DNA of 64,000 nucleotides from Camelus ferus. Lineage: Eukaryota. A model generated the notes under the pieces. That model was not told the DNA's origin. It did not search any database and worked only from the letters and a program-made list of their open reading frames with translations. The stretch is taken from positions 104,348,001 to 104,412,000 of the forward strand of contig NC_045697.1 in NCBI RefSeq assembly GCF_009834535.1, in the 5' to 3' direction. This document shows, one piece after another, positions 1-13,008 of the stretch (position 1 is its first letter; each line of letters starts with the position of its first letter). The position numbers and the translations under genes were made by a program.

Positions 1-605
1 AAGATCAGTTCTGTGGCCCCATGATTGGAAATCTGTTCCTGAATTGTTCTGTGGCTTAAGTCTGACTCTCTGATGACTGCCCTCCTGAAATAGAGAATCA
101 CTGCCCCTGTGTTTTCCTTTGCTATCTGCCACTCACCTGTCAGAATCATCAGCGCCTGGTGTTTTTGCTGCTTCCCCCAAATCGAGACAACTACTTGTTG
201 CCTATCACCAGAGGCTCCAGATATCATAATCTGGCCCAACTTTTCTTTTCACCTGGCTTTGTGCCCCCAGAACACCATAACTCTAATGCATAGGTTGAGT
301 TTTTCTCCTTCATTACGCTATTACAGTTACCTGGGTCATGTCTAGCCATGCCTCAAAATAACATAAGACATTTTCTAAGGGAACTTTCAGCTAAAATGTT
401 CTACAGTGCTTTGACTTAAGGACCCCCAAAACACATGAAGATGGGTAGCAGGAAACACATTTATGCATGAGTGGATTTCTCAAGTTTTCCCGTATTCCTC
501 CAGGATGGGAGTGAGACAAGGCTACTGGAAATGTAAAGATGAACAAAGAGACAGATGAGTCATACAGGCTGGGACCTCAGAGAGTCATGCTAGGTTGTTA
601 AAAAG

Positions 606-714
606 TAGAGTAACCAACTCTCTCAGTTTCCCAAGACTGAGGGGTTTCTGGGATGGGACTTTCAGGGCTCAAACTGGAAAAGGTCCAGACATACTAAATG
701 AATTGGCCACCCTA
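606..714. mobile_element. hAT-Blackjack MITE (MER81-like)
   Basis: Imperfect TIRs TAGAGTAACCAA...TTGGCCACCCTA; internal 'actgaggggtttctgggatgggactttcag' resembles the MER81 consensus; ~110 bp. Confidence 0.75.
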
Positions 715-847
715 GAATTTGAAATTGTTTGGAGCTATGCTGAATCAAAGATTCGAGATGTGAAAGAATTGTACCAAGAAGGAAAGGAAATTAGATTTTC
801 TTTCGTGTATTTTGAGAAAAATATGTAAATATCAGAATTCATGTATA

Positions 848-1060
848 AAGCACCTCCTCTGTGTCAGGTGTTGCCCATATATAATCTTTCTCAGTCCTCA
901 CAACTGAAGCAGTTATTGCAGGTTTCATTTTCCAGATGAGGAAACAGAAGCACAGAAAAGTAGGTAACTAGGTAAGACCACAAGACTAGCAAGTTGTAAA
1001 GCCAAGATACAAACCCAGGCAACTTGGCTTTATCCATTTAATCGCCTCAATTCTCTACTG
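848..1060 (-). mobile_element. MIR SINE
   Basis: Antisense MIR core 'cattttccagatgaggaaacagaagcacaga'. Confidence 0.8.
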
Positions 1061-1185
1061 TATTGCATATAGACTGCAAGAATGTTAAAGTTACAGGAAA
1101 CCATAGCAACTATTTTAGTTAGCCTAAACTCCTCATTTTATTAATGGTAAACCATAGGCCCAGATATTATGAAAGACTTGGGAAG

Positions 1186-1440
1186 ACAGTGTGTAAATCA
1201 GAAAGAACATAGGGTTAGAGACAAACAACCTGGGTTTAATCCCTACCTCTGCCACCTGTTAACTGTGTCACTTGTGCAGATTACTCAATCTCTCTATAGC
1301 TCAATTCCCTCGTCTGTGAAATGGGGATAATAATCTCTAGTTATCAGGGAGATTTCAGGATTAAATAAGACAATGGATGTAAAGTATTTAGACGAGTTCC
1401 TTGCCTACAGTAAGGGATCTATAGATGGGATTACTGTTAG
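1186..1440 (+). mobile_element. MIR SINE, near full length
   Basis: 'cctgggtttaatccctacctctgccacc...ctgtgaaatggggataataat...ggattaaataag...tgtaaagt' follows the MIR consensus. Confidence 0.85.
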
Positions 1441-1564
1441 ATTTATTGTTAGTAGTAAGACTACAACTGCCTAGTAGTTACTACTAATATCTACTATTAC
1501 TACTACCACTACCAAGTAGTTACTACTACTGCTGCTGCTACTAGTATGACTCCTGCTTCTGTCA

Positions 1565-1621
<57 letters not shown>
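1565..1621 (+). repeat. (CAT)19 microsatellite, preceded by degenerate TAC/CAC/TGC triplet runs from ~1470
   Basis: 57 nt of perfect CAT repeats read directly. Confidence 0.97.
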
Positions 1622-2299
1622 GCCAGACCACACAGCCATCAATTACAGAAGCAGGCTTAAGATCCGGTTGCCTACCTTATCATGATGACATAGGCTCTTC
1701 CTTATTATAGAAGCAACATTAAAACCCTACCTGAGAAAGTATTTAATAAAGATTCGTGGCATCCAAAAGATTGCTTGCAATGTGGCCACAAAGTTGCAGA
1801 TAAGAAGGTACAAATATTTAAATGGCATAGAGCACAAAGAAGCAAACCCAATGCCATGGAATCTTGGGCACTAATGATGTTTCTTTAGAATATTTTCCAA
1901 GGAAAATAGAGATCAAGTATATATATATATTGGGTTTTAGTTTATTTTTTTTATTTCTTTTGGCTTCTGTATGTGTATTCTAAATGCATCGAAGATAGTC
2001 AACCCCTCTGGATTTTGTAGCAGAGATTGGAGAGTATGATAACACAGCATCCACAAGCTAACTCAACACAGGTCTAAGTTTATGGAGCTGTATTTCTATC
2101 AAAGTCAACAAAACAACAGACCTAAAGGGATTTCAGTTCTGTGAGGGGATTTTGGCTTTGAAAGAAGCCATCTTTCTCTCTTCTCCACTTGACATAATGA
2201 AATGTTATTAACACATGTTCAGATGTATAAACATTTCTAAATAGGGATATGTGGTAGAACAGTTTGTAACTCTCTGTGTCAGACACAAGCCGTTCCACA

Positions 2300-2910
2300 T
2301 AATCATTTTTTCTTATGCAAGTAACATATTACTAGCGTGAAAAATTTACAAAATGAATTAATTAAAATAAAATTAAAATCATAATCCCACAATCTGAGAT
2401 GATTTTTGGCCATACCTTCTTGTTTATATTTTCTTTTTCTAAGCAAATCAAAATTCATACAGAAGTAAATATACACAATTTTAATGTATCATACTGTAGT
2501 CCTTCTTCCCATAGCAACATACACTTCCATATATAATACATAGAATAATTATTTTGCAAACCATGGTTTTAAATAGTTGCCTGACAGTCCATATGTTAAT
2601 GCACCATAAGTTACTAGTCAATCCACTGTTCTTGAAGAGTTGAGTTGTTTACAATTTTCTTACTGTTACAATGTTTTTATAAACATCCTTGGTTTACATA
2701 CCTTGGCACATTTGTCTAAGTATTTCCTTTGACATAAAAAATTCCTAGAAATGGAACTTCTGAATCAGATACTGCACATTTTAAGGGTTCTTAATATATA
2801 CTTTGTATTTAGAATATTCTGCGGGTATTTGTAATATGTATACATAAATATTGCCATATTTATCTATAGAACCAGTGCACTAATTTGCACTTCCAGCAGG
2901 GGGATCAGCG
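2300..2910 (-). mobile_element. Old L1 (L1ME-type) 3' region fragment
   Basis: Antisense L1 motifs 'gttgtttacaattttc', 'aaacatcctt', 'attcctagaaatggaac'. Confidence 0.65.
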
Positions 2911-3749
2911 AGTTTGCCCCACTGCCCTTTATAGCTGAGTGAGCCATGGCTTGCCTGGGTGGTCATGGCTTCCCACAGAAGAAGTCTATGAAAACACTCT
3001 CATCAGTGCTACTTCTGTGACATGAGGAAAAGACAGGAGACACACCTAGCTGCGGGGAGGACTTCTTGCTCCACCTCTGGCTAACAGCTGCTGGCAACGC
3101 CCATGTCTAATGTGACGTCCCAGACTATCAAAGGAAAACACCATCCAAAAAGAACAAGGCAACTGAGAGACACTACTAGAGAGAAACGTTCTGGTTTTTA
3201 AATGCGTATCTATTTTGCCTTAACAAATAGGACAGGAAAAAAAAAAAAAAAAAGACTGGCCATGTTTGGCCACTAAGAATAATTTTTCCTCTGAAAATAC
3301 TGGGGGGAAAAAAGAGAGAGAGGAAAGAGAATCATTACAGATTTCCAAAATCTGCTACAAATTTCTTGGCCAGTTAAACTGGAATATTAGAAGGCCCAAA
3401 GGACAAAAAACAAACAAATAAATAAAACCCAACTATCTCTTGTGCTTGAGTAATAATTTCAATTGTTTCCCACGAGAAGATTTAAAAACATTATAACCTG
3501 GGCATCTCCATGGATGTAAGCAGGGGCAGTGCAACAGAATGAGGCAGAATACCTCTTCCTCACGTGGCTGGCTTTGCGTTGAAGGGAGCTACTGCGTGCA
3601 TGTAATGGGGCAGCTCTACCCTCTCCTGGAGCCCACAAAGTCAGCACTGAGGGGGACAGCGGGCGTGTGTACACCATGGTTAAGGCTGCAGCTGGAAGGA
3701 GGCCACAGGACAATGCATGAGGCCATGAGGGAGGGGTTTCTTAATTGCC

Positions 3750-3950
3750 TGGCGCTTACTACAGCCTTTCCCAATAGCAACTCATTTACTCCTATGACAA
3801 ATTATACCCATCTTCCAACGGGGAAACTGAGGCATGCAGAGATGAACGATTTTGCCCAAGATAATACAGCTAATCAGTGGAAGAGCTAAGCTTCAGAACC
3901 AGGAAACCCAGCTCTAAACCTCCACACTCTTAGCCACATGGGTACACCAT
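3750..3950 (-). mobile_element. MIR SINE
   Basis: 'gggaaactgaggcatgcagagatgaacgattttgcccaagataatacagctaatcagtgg'. Confidence 0.8.
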
Positions 3951-4207
3951 CTTTCAGGGTACAGTGATAGAGACAGGGTAGGACCAAAGTCCTGAAGACT
4001 AAGGTTCATGTCCCAGGGCCACCGTCTATTAGCTACTTCTATAAGTGACCAAAGGGCATTTAATTTTTCTAACTCAGGTTCCTAGTAGAATAGATGTCCT
4101 AAAGTTCAGACACTAGCTCTGTCTTTATCTTCCTGTTCCAACCCCCATCCCATGCCCACCTGGATACAGAGCTCAGCACAGCAACCAGTTCCCCATCCCC
4201 AAGAGGC

Positions 4208-4285
4208 TTCTACTGAATGAAATCTGCATTTGAACTCACTACCCAAATGATTTTCATTCACACTAAAGTGTGATCATTATTCCCC
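4208..4285. mobile_element. MER5-like hAT fragment
   Basis: 'ctactgaatgaaatctgcatttgaac...atgattttcattcacactaaagtgtga'. Confidence 0.5.
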
Positions 4286-4331
4286 TAAAGAAGCCTTTGT
4301 TATAAAAACATTGGAACCATCTCTGTACGCT

Positions 4332-4655
4332 GATGAAGGTGGTCAAAAGGTACAAATTTATAAGATAAGTAAGTACTAGGGATATAATGTTCAACATAAT
4401 TAACATACTTAACACTGCTGTATGTTATGTATGAAAGTTCTTAAAAGAGTAAATCCTAAGAATTTTCATCACAAGGAAAATTGATTTTTTTTCTTTTCTT
4501 TAATTTTTGTACCTATATGAGACAATGGATGTTCACTAAACCTAAATGGTCATCATTTCATGTTGTCTGTAAGTCAAGTCATGCTGTACACATTAAACTT
4601 ATGCAGTGCTAAATCTCAATTAGATCTCAATAAAACTGCAAGAGAAAATAAATTA
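4332..4655 (+). mobile_element. L1 3' end (L1MA/MB-type), 5' truncated
   Basis: 'ggtcaaaaggtacaaat...aagtactagggatataatg...gctgtacacattaaactta...ctcaataaaactg' plus A-rich tail. Confidence 0.85.
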
Positions 4656-5629
4656 AAATATCAGAATAATAAATCTTGCTTTTCTGAACATTTTGAAGGG
4701 GACACAGAGGAGGGAGAGGAAATACATCGCACAGTGCAGCAGAAACGATTTTAAAATTCCCCCATAAATATCCCCTTTGATCCTGTAGCTCCACCCTGTC
4801 AAGTGGGGAAAGGCACCTTCAATGCCACTTCCTTCTTTCAGTTCCCAGAATTGATAACTGAATTTTCTGATAACTGAAAATTTCTGAATTTTCACCTGGC
4901 CATCTTTAAGATAAGATCTTTAAGATCTCACCTCTCCTTTATAAGTTGTAAATAATTTAACAAGTATGGTCCTCCAATCAGATAATGGATGTGAAAATAC
5001 CTCAAAAAAGGAAGTGTTACATTAATAGAAGTTATCATTAATATTCCCCTAAAAGATGGTACAAGCTGAATGACTTAAAACATTAACTTATCTAAATTTA
5101 TGATTGACATACACGCAATGAGTGATTAGAGGAGGCATTTCTTCACGTTGGTGACTGATACCAGGTTAACACTCTCCCACAAACCATGCCTTGGCGTGAT
5201 GCGTCAGAAACAACATAGAGCTGGCGAGACAAATTTCCAAATCTGACTTCAAGCAACTCTCTCTTAAAAATGCCAACAGCCTTTTTCCTCCTGTTTGTTA
5301 GTTAATCCTTCTGGTCCTTCTCTTACCATCTTACTTTCTTACTTTCTAAACATCTCAAATGTGTATTCTATACCATTGTCTCCACGTTATCCCTCAACAC
5401 CTCGTTCCTTTTTTACCTTGAAATCCAGACTCTCACTCTCCAGTTCTACGATGAAATGGCTGCTTGTAATTCCACCAAGACCTCCCTGTTGGGAAATACA
5501 GTGGCCGCGTCACCTTCCTCATTCTTCTGACCCTCCAGACTGCATGCGACATTTTCAAGGCAACCTAGGGAAGAGTTTCAGCGAAGAGGATTCCTACTCA
5601 AAGTCAGATAATATGAATCAATTTGTCCA

Positions 5630-6186
5630 ATTGTATTTTTTCAATTTTAAAAGGTGTATATTTTAACCCCCTACTTTGCTCACTCAAATTCTTCCATACT
5701 ATATAGTTCAGATATGAATGAAACTTGATAGAGGTCTTCCCAAATTTGACAGCAATCTTAACAATTGACATGACATTACCAGGAACAAGTTATAAAGCTG
5801 AACATATTTTTTTGGCATTGTTCATAATAAAAAATAAATTTCAATCATCCAGAGAAAAGACTGAATTGCATTTTCTCTATGAAAAATATTACAAAATTAC
5901 TCTCTTAGGCAGAGGTGATTAAAAAAATTGTAGTCAAAAAATATAGGGGGAAACAGTAATGTGGAAGTGTGCAGGGCAGCATATTAATAAAAACATTATG
6001 CTATTTTTTCTGGATTTATGGTAATATCATATTTCCCAGATTTTGTTCACTTACAGCTTCTCATGATTTTTTATTTGTCATAAATATTTACTTTTTAAAG
6101 ATGCTTGTGTTTTTAATTCTGTAAATAGATTCTAAGGAAGATGTCCTCAAATTGTGGAAGCTTCAGGCCCGTCCAAACTTGCATCC
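5630..6186 (+). mobile_element. hAT (Tip100-like) DNA transposon fossil with transposase C-terminal dimerisation-domain remnant
   Basis: ORF 5725-5922 reads FPNLTAILTIDMTLPGTSYKAEHIFLALFIIKNKFQS, matching the hAT motif FPNL..L...LTLP.TS..AER.FS.L..IK..LRS. Confidence 0.75.
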
Positions 6187-6453
6187 TATTAATTATACAC
6201 TAGCTCTTCTGTCTTAGGAATACAGACTATTAACTCAAGTACTTTGCTGGATAATAAAAATGAGGTATTATTATTCAGATCTCGTTAAATGACAGTAACT
6301 CCCCTCATTTCTCCCATCTTCCTGGCCCCCTACCATTTCCCTGTCTCTGAGTGTACTCACAACAGTGCTACATGCTGAGGATATAAGATAAATATATAGT
6401 ATCTTTGCCTCAGGTAGATTTGAGCCTATTGAGGAAGAAAACGTGAACACTAA

Positions 6454-6973
6454 CGTAATAGGAAAGAACAAATCTGACTCTGTATTACATCTGTTCCTTG
6501 AGCTCTAACCCTGTGCTCTATTTCCTGTGCTGAGTCATGCTGGTTCTGCACCTTTTACAAAAGAATGTTGCCTAGAGCCTGAAATATACAGGAGAGCCCA
6601 TTCTCCAGGCTCCGACCTTTAAGGGTATAACACTTTTCCATCCATATAGAGATAAAAAGTTGCAGAACAGAGAGTGACATTTATTGTGTTGGAGGTTTAC
6701 AGGAATATCATGACCTGACCCATGTGGACAGCTGTGAGAACAAAGGATTTCCACACCAAGAAGTTTGCAACAACCAACCACATCCCCTCCCCTTTTTAGT
6801 ATAAAAGGAGCCTGAATTCTGACTTGGGTAAGATGGTTCTCCAGTCATTAGTTCCCCCAACTTCTTGGTCTGTTGGCTTTCCAAATAAAGTCATTTTTCC
6901 TTGCCCCAACACCTCATCTCCCAATTTATTGGCCTGTGGTACAGCGAGCAGAAGAAGTTTGAGCTCGGTAACA
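6454..6973 (+). mobile_element. ERV1 solo LTR (MER41-like)
   Basis: (T/C)G...CA ends, TATAAAA at 6800, AATAAA at 6884, 3' end 'gagctcggtaaca', 4-bp TSD ctaa/gtaa. Confidence 0.85.
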
Positions 6974-7092
6974 GTAACAATTATGCAATAACTTGATAAC
7001 TACTCTGAAGGAGTTAAGAGCAGAGTGCAGAAGGGAGAGAGACTGATTACATGTTGGAAATTCAGGAAAAGGATCATCATAAAAGGTAACAG

Positions 7093-7549
7093 TGTGACCA
7101 AATAGGACCCTATGGGGCCTTCTCGGGTGGACCACCCCCAATCCCATATCCTCGGCTGTACCTCCTCTCTGAAGTACTCAGATAATAGTATCTCATGTAT
7201 ATTTCCTTATTTTTACAGATGCAAAAACCACAACTACTTGATAATCGAGAGTCCGTGGCCCCCAGACTTTCTGGTGCCCAGGGTTTGATAGTGTTGACTG
7301 CCCTGTTACCTCAACATCACCCAGTCAGAGAATTGTGCACCAGCTGATCACATACTCTGTAACCCCCCTCCCTCACCTGGCCTTTAAATATGCTTTGCTG
7401 AAACCCTTCAGGGAGTTAGGAGTTTTCTTGGGCATGAGCCACCCCGTCCTCCTTGCTTGGCCCTGCAATAAACCTGTCTCTGCTCCAAACTCCAACGTTT
7501 CAGTTTGGCCTCACGGTATGTCAGGGACACAAACTTGTCTTCAGTAACA
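7093..7549 (+). mobile_element. ERV1 solo LTR
   Basis: TG...CA ends, TTTAAATA promoter-like box, AATAAA at 7467, 3' end 'ttcagtaaca', 4-bp TSD acag/gcag. Confidence 0.85.
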
Positions 7550-7849
7550 GCAGCTGAAATGAAACTGGAAGAATGGAGGAAGATGCCTGGAGAGGAGGGA
7601 GAGGGCCACCCCGGGAGGAAAGTCGCAGGTGAACTTCTGTAAGGAGAGCAGCTAAGTCATTCTCAAGAACACAGTCAGATACGCTGTGCTGGCACACAGA
7701 CAGCAAAGGAACAAAAGAAAACAAGCCACTGAAAGGAGAATCACTAGCTTCTCAGAAGAATTAATAAAAGATAAGTTTATACGTGGCATCCCCTATGATA
7801 CCAAATGTTTATAAAGCTTGAAAATTTGCCAGCTCAAGCTCAGAGAGGC

Positions 7850-8032
7850 TGGAGCACTGAATCCTTCAACACTTGTTAGCTGTGTCACCCAGGACAACTG
7901 TGTAATTCCCCAAGCCTCAGATTCCTCATCTGTGAAATGATCATATTAGCACTTAGATCCAAAACTTGTCATGAGGATTAGACCAATTGTGTGTACTGGA
8001 AAGTAATGCTGAGCAGACATTATCTCTTATTA
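7850..8032 (+). mobile_element. MIR SINE
   Basis: 'tagctgtgtcacccaggacaa...gcctcagattcctcatctgtgaaatg...tgaggatta'. Confidence 0.8.
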
Positions 8033-9938
8033 TCAATTGAGGCCAACATACCCAGGTTTTTTCTAACAATAAAGAGAGTGGCGAATTGCCCATCTCTTCG
8101 TTATACTGACGATTAACTTCGGGAAAGTCAGTACCTGTCAGCCACCAGAACAGTCAAGCTGGAAGCAGGAATACGTTCTTGCAAATAGCCAGAGCCAGGC
8201 AAAGAATTCCAGAAATGCTCTCACATTCTCTATGACATTCCTTTAAGCACCAAATAATTTAAACACACAGCCAAAGCACTCCACATCAGAAATATACACA
8301 CAGGATACAAAGGCCAAAAAACAAATCACAGTTAAAAATAGTCCTCTGTAAGGAAGTAAGCACTTAATTCTCTGTGCTGTAAGACGTTGTTCAGAATATA
8401 CCCCCATACAAGGGAAGATCTTGTCGCTTTCAGGCTGGTAGGAGTGTCTCCAGGCTGTGCTGTTCTGCACTCCTTGGAGAGACCCCTTTTTTAGACAATT
8501 GCACCTGAAGCAATAGCTTGATAGAATCCAGCCTTAATAGAATTAATTGCTTATTTAATGCTAAAATTGCACATTTTTTTAAGTAGGGATGTCAACCTAC
8601 TAGATTTAATCAAAGAAAAATATAGAGCAGTGAACTGTGTTGTTTCAGTCCAGAAGGCCCTTGAATTTGTCACTTTAGAATTAAAAGGTAAATATTCAGT
8701 CCTAAAGATACTGGGTAAGGGCAGCTGATAGATCTGTCTTCTCACGATTAAGCCATCCTCTTGGTTTTTGTGACTGGCGATTCTGAAACTCCATCTACCA
8801 GTTGATTCTCCCAACAAACGTGGCTGTAATAACAACAATCTGTGAATATTGGTTGATTTGGTTGGGTTTGGTTTGGAATACTATGGTACAATACGTTCAT
8901 AATCTAGAACCTGAAATACACAACAATTTCTTAAGCAGGTAACAATTGCCCCTGAACACAAAAACACAGGAAATTTTGCTCTCAAAAGTGTTATCAATCA
9001 GATCTGAACCACTGCTGGCCATCACATGAGAATATGTAAATGTGAGACCCTGAACTTACTCATTTCTCGGCTTTTCCCCAAGCCCCAATTTCACCAGGTA
9101 TGTTGTGCCAGAAGATTCTAACAACCCTGCCCAATAATCTCTTACCAGAGAAGCAATGGGTCATGAAAGGAGAAGGGACAAATCATGTCTTGAAGGAGGA
9201 CGTGCATGAAAGGAGGGTGGTGTCCTTTCACTGGAATGAGGCCCCTTTACAGGTCTCAGTGCATGAGACTGACAGTCGTGAGATGACGGGGAGAGCACTG
9301 AGCAGCTCTGCAGCCATATGTGCCTAGAGAGTTACAACTTCCGAAGGCCGTGGACATGGGCTGATGGACCCAATGGCTTCCCACCAAACTGAATGGTTTA
9401 ACCTGGCCACCTGAGAGCAAGTGATCACAGAACATCTCTAGGGGAAAACACTACATGGGTGGTAAGTTTTATGGTCCATCAGAGGATCGTTATATGGTGA
9501 CATTGGAGACAATCTTGAGGTAGCATGAGTTTTAGGGGAAAAAATTACATTTTAAGAGCATTGCCTTTAAGAAGGGACTCAGAGAAAATAGGGTAGATAA
9601 TAGCGTTATTAGGCTCCATCCAGCCACATGCGTTTTGCTTATGTTTCCTCCCACCTCAATGTTAGGAAAGAAGTCCCAAAAATGTTTTATTGAGGGAGAA
9701 GCACAGGGCTTCTATTATTTCCACATGCACCCTTCTCAGGGCTACACATCATCAGCCATGCTTAAATGAAGTGCAATATTTCCTGAATTTGCAGCTAGCG
9801 GGGCTACTTGGGAACCTGCCTTCATACTCTCAGCCCATCCTGGGGTCTCTGCCAGATCTGAGATATACCAACAGCCTACAGAATTTCATGTTTATCTCAC
9901 TGGAGAAAGTTAGGTCTGGTGGTGTTAATATTTAAAAG

Positions 9939-10161
9939 CAGTGTTTCCCAATGTTTCCCACATCACGGCACTTAGAGAAAGGGATAGTATCCCTACTCTG
10001 CAGTAAGCAGATAAGTCAGCGTCTGTCCAGAAGTAACTAGCAGGGCAAGGAGAGGAAAGTGGAAGTGAGGAGTTCAGAGACCCTACATTATGCCCCATCA
10101 TCCTGGACTACATAGATCAATGGTCCAAGAACCCAGCACAGCATCTTCCAGGGAGATACTG
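9939..10161. mobile_element. hAT-Charlie MITE
   Basis: TIRs CAGTGTTTCCC / GGGAGATACTG with degenerate 8-bp flanks tttaaaag/ccttaaag. Confidence 0.55.
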
Positions 10162-10414
10162 CCTTAAAGAGTGTGGATGTTTCAAGTGGTCCCTGGGATG
10201 TATAAATAAGATTCTGAGGTCCTTGTGGTATCAGTAGCCTTTATGTAATGAAACTGGAGGCTATCATCATTATTATTTATCAGAAGGTAATACTTCTACA
10301 TTGCTAATTATGCTTCCTCCACTGTTTAAATAATTTTGACTGCTATGAAAACATTTCATAAACAAAACATTCAGTTACAGCCTTAATTTCATCTTTTAAT
10401 TCTCTAAGGGGTTG

Positions 10415-10640
10415 GCATGAATGTAGTGGAAAGCACAGGCTTTCAAGTAAAAAGTCCTCCTTGCAAATGTTGATTGTGCCCGCGTAGGGCCAAGGACAGA
10501 CCTCACATCCTCTCTGAGCCTCGGTTTTCCCAAATTCAATGGGGACAACAATACCGACTTCAAAAGGTAACTATGATTTTAAAATAAGTTTGAAAAGTTG
10601 GTAGCACAGAGAAATAGATATGTATTAAATATTAGCTCAC
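10415..10640 (+). mobile_element. MIR SINE
   Basis: 'tgtagtggaaagcacaggcttt...ctctctgagcctcggttttccc...aatggggacaacaatacc'. Confidence 0.75.
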
Positions 10641-11568
10641 TTCCTCTCCATGGAAGGGAGTTGTTATTATAAGCAGTTAAATTCCCGTATCTGCTGTCTT
10701 ACTTTACTCCTTTCTCCTGCATTCTGTTGTCCTCCATCCTCTGCCCTCTGCCACCTGCCTCTTTGCCTCCTTGCCTAGTTTTCTATTTCTACATTGTCTG
10801 CTGCCTCCCTCCTTATTGGGCTCTTACTTTCTTCTCTCTCAAAACTGGGGCAAGGAGGGAGGAAAGGGGGCATGGATGGGAACAAACAGGAAATAGGGTC
10901 ATTTAATTCCATGCAGCTCCCAGCTCTTACACGGCATTGCCCAAATCATTTCAAGTAATAATAAAAAATAAAAGAAAATAAATCATCTTCATCAGACAAT
11001 CACTGGGTTCAAGCCCTGTACTGTTTGACCTCTCAATTTCCATCAATACTTTTTATATCAGTAGTTCTCAACTTTTCATCACTTTATATGCCAGGAAAAG
11101 CCAAAACAGATGCATCAGTAGGAACTGTCCATGCAAATAGTGAGTCTTGTTAAAAGAAAAGGACCTACATATTAGGTACTCAAGTAATTTTTGTTTATTG
11201 CATTAATGTTTCAAATATTCACCAATACAAGTACTTGAGGATGCAAATTTGAGCTGTGCTATGAATTCACAAACTATATACAAAGCTATTGCTCTAGACC
11301 TAAGAAACCATTGAGTTAAACCTAAAATAAACTTGAAAGAAAGATAGTAGATATTTATAATCTCTTTCTTTTATAATTTTTTTCATTATCATCTGTGATA
11401 CAGGGAAAGCAATGAATGTACTTAAAGTGGACAAATGTTCTCTGAGTTCTCCTAGTCTAATCACCAAAAAAAAAAAAAAAAAAAGGAATTAAAAAGAAAC
11501 TGACTTTAACAGTGTGGTGGAGACAGCAAGAATCAGCACACCAATAAAATCTCCAGGACTGGATGATT

Positions 11569-11777
11569 CAGTAGCTCTCAACCTTTACACCAGCTGACAT
11601 GCCAGGAAAAGGCAACACAGATGCAAGCTGTGTTGCAGGCTGGGACACATCTCCCACCGCTTTCTGAAGTGCTTGCTCTAGCAGTATAGATACTATGAAC
11701 TTAGCTGAAAAGAGCAGGCATCATACCGTCTTGGTAAGCTTCTAAACAAAAATGTCAACATGGTTGGAAAGGCAGTA
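11569..11777. mobile_element. hAT-Charlie-type MITE
   Basis: Starts CAGTAGCTCTCAACC and ends 'ggttggaaaggcagt'; a partial second copy lies at 11059-11114. Confidence 0.5.
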
Positions 11778-11999
11778 ACACGAACCATCTGAAACTGCCA
11801 CTGATATAAAGCAAGCATAGAAGTTGGAGAGCATATGAGTCATTTTCACAGTCATCTCAATAACAGCTTTGTCCACAGGCGCTGCTTGTAGCTTTTAAAT
11901 TAATAATTACTGTTGTTATTCTTTGTGTTGCAATCACTCATAGGATTCTAGACATAGAGCCATGTGGGGAAAGGGATTCTGAAGAGGTAGGGTACCCAA

Positions 12000-12391
12000 T
12001 GTTAAAGGATAAACTGAGGTGTATTTAAAAATTTAAGAGTTTATTTGATCAAATAGCAATTTGAATCAGGCAGCATCCAATCTATCAGATAAAAAGAAGC
12101 TCCAAGGGGCTCTACAAAATGGAAAATTTTATAGGCAGAAGGGAGAAGGGACAAGGACCTAACAGTAGGCAAAAAAGCAGCTTGGTTATTGCAAAGTTAC
12201 TTTCCTTTAGGGGATGGCAGGGGTCTCTCAGGCAGATTACCTAACCAGTGTTGATCAGGATATTCCTGATTGGCTGATTTAAGATTCCATTTCTGGGAGA
12301 GCTGAAGCTGTAATTAAATTAAGTCTCAGTTTTGTGATGCGGAACTTAGCATAAGTGATTCCATTTTGGGCCAGTTCTTTTGTTTTAAACA
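12000..12391 (-). mobile_element. ERV1 solo LTR
   Basis: TGTTAAA...TTTAAACA inverted ends, perfect 4-bp TSD CCAA (11996-11999 and 12392-12395), AATAAA on the minus strand at 12040-12045. Confidence 0.88.
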
Positions 12392-12678
12392 CCAACTCTA
12401 TTGATAAACTTTCAGTAAATTTGCCTATGAGATGTATAAAGAAGTCGTAGTAATGGGACCCATAAGTCAAGAAGCATAATACTGCCAAAGCCTCAGATTT
12501 TATTCTCTTGCTAAGAAAAAAAAATGGAATCAGGTGGATTTATTGTCATTTTAGAAGCAAAAAGTAATCACAAAATGAGATTAATATCTGTATTTTAGTG
12601 TCTATATTAATCTGTCTCCAAAATCCCTGTAGTAGAAATTTCTGATTAATTTAAACTTTACAGTAATAAGATTTAAAG

Positions 12679-13008
12679 GACACTATGAACTCATCCACAA
12701 AACAGAAACAGACTCACAGATACAGTAAACAATCCTACAGTTACTGGGGAAAGGGGTTGGGAAGGGATAAACTTGGGAGTTTGAGATTTGCAAATGTTAG
12801 CCACTACATACAAAAATAAATTTAAAAAAAGAACAAGTTTCTTCTGTATAGCACAGGGAACTATATTCGATATCTTGTAATAACCTTTAATGAAAAAGAA
12901 TATGAAAATGAGTATATGTATGTTTATGTATGACTGGGACATTGTGCTGTACATGAGAAATCGACACATTGTAACTGAATGTACAATAAAAAAATTTAAT
13001 TAAAAAAA
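12679..13008 (+). mobile_element. Lineage-specific (artiodactyl/camelid-type) L1 3' end
   Basis: 'caaaacagaaacagactcacaga...tatagcacagggaactatattc...gctgtaca...acattgtaactg' plus A-rich tail. Confidence 0.88.

Larger units (their letters stand above)
6360..7700 (-). mobile_element. L2 LINE remnant interrupted by two solo LTRs
   Basis: Segments 6360-6453, 6974-7092 and 7550-7700 join into a purine-rich antisense L2-like sequence. Confidence 0.55.

Noticed and set aside
3539..3889. 116-aa ORF in a GC-richer patch containing CACGTG
   Set aside because: Its 3' part runs through an antisense MIR; no coding signature, and a single E-box is insufficient for a regulatory call.
8551..8838. 95-aa minus-strand ORF with an acceptor-like 'ttattacag'
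   Set aside because: No recognisable homology and only a weak downstream donor.
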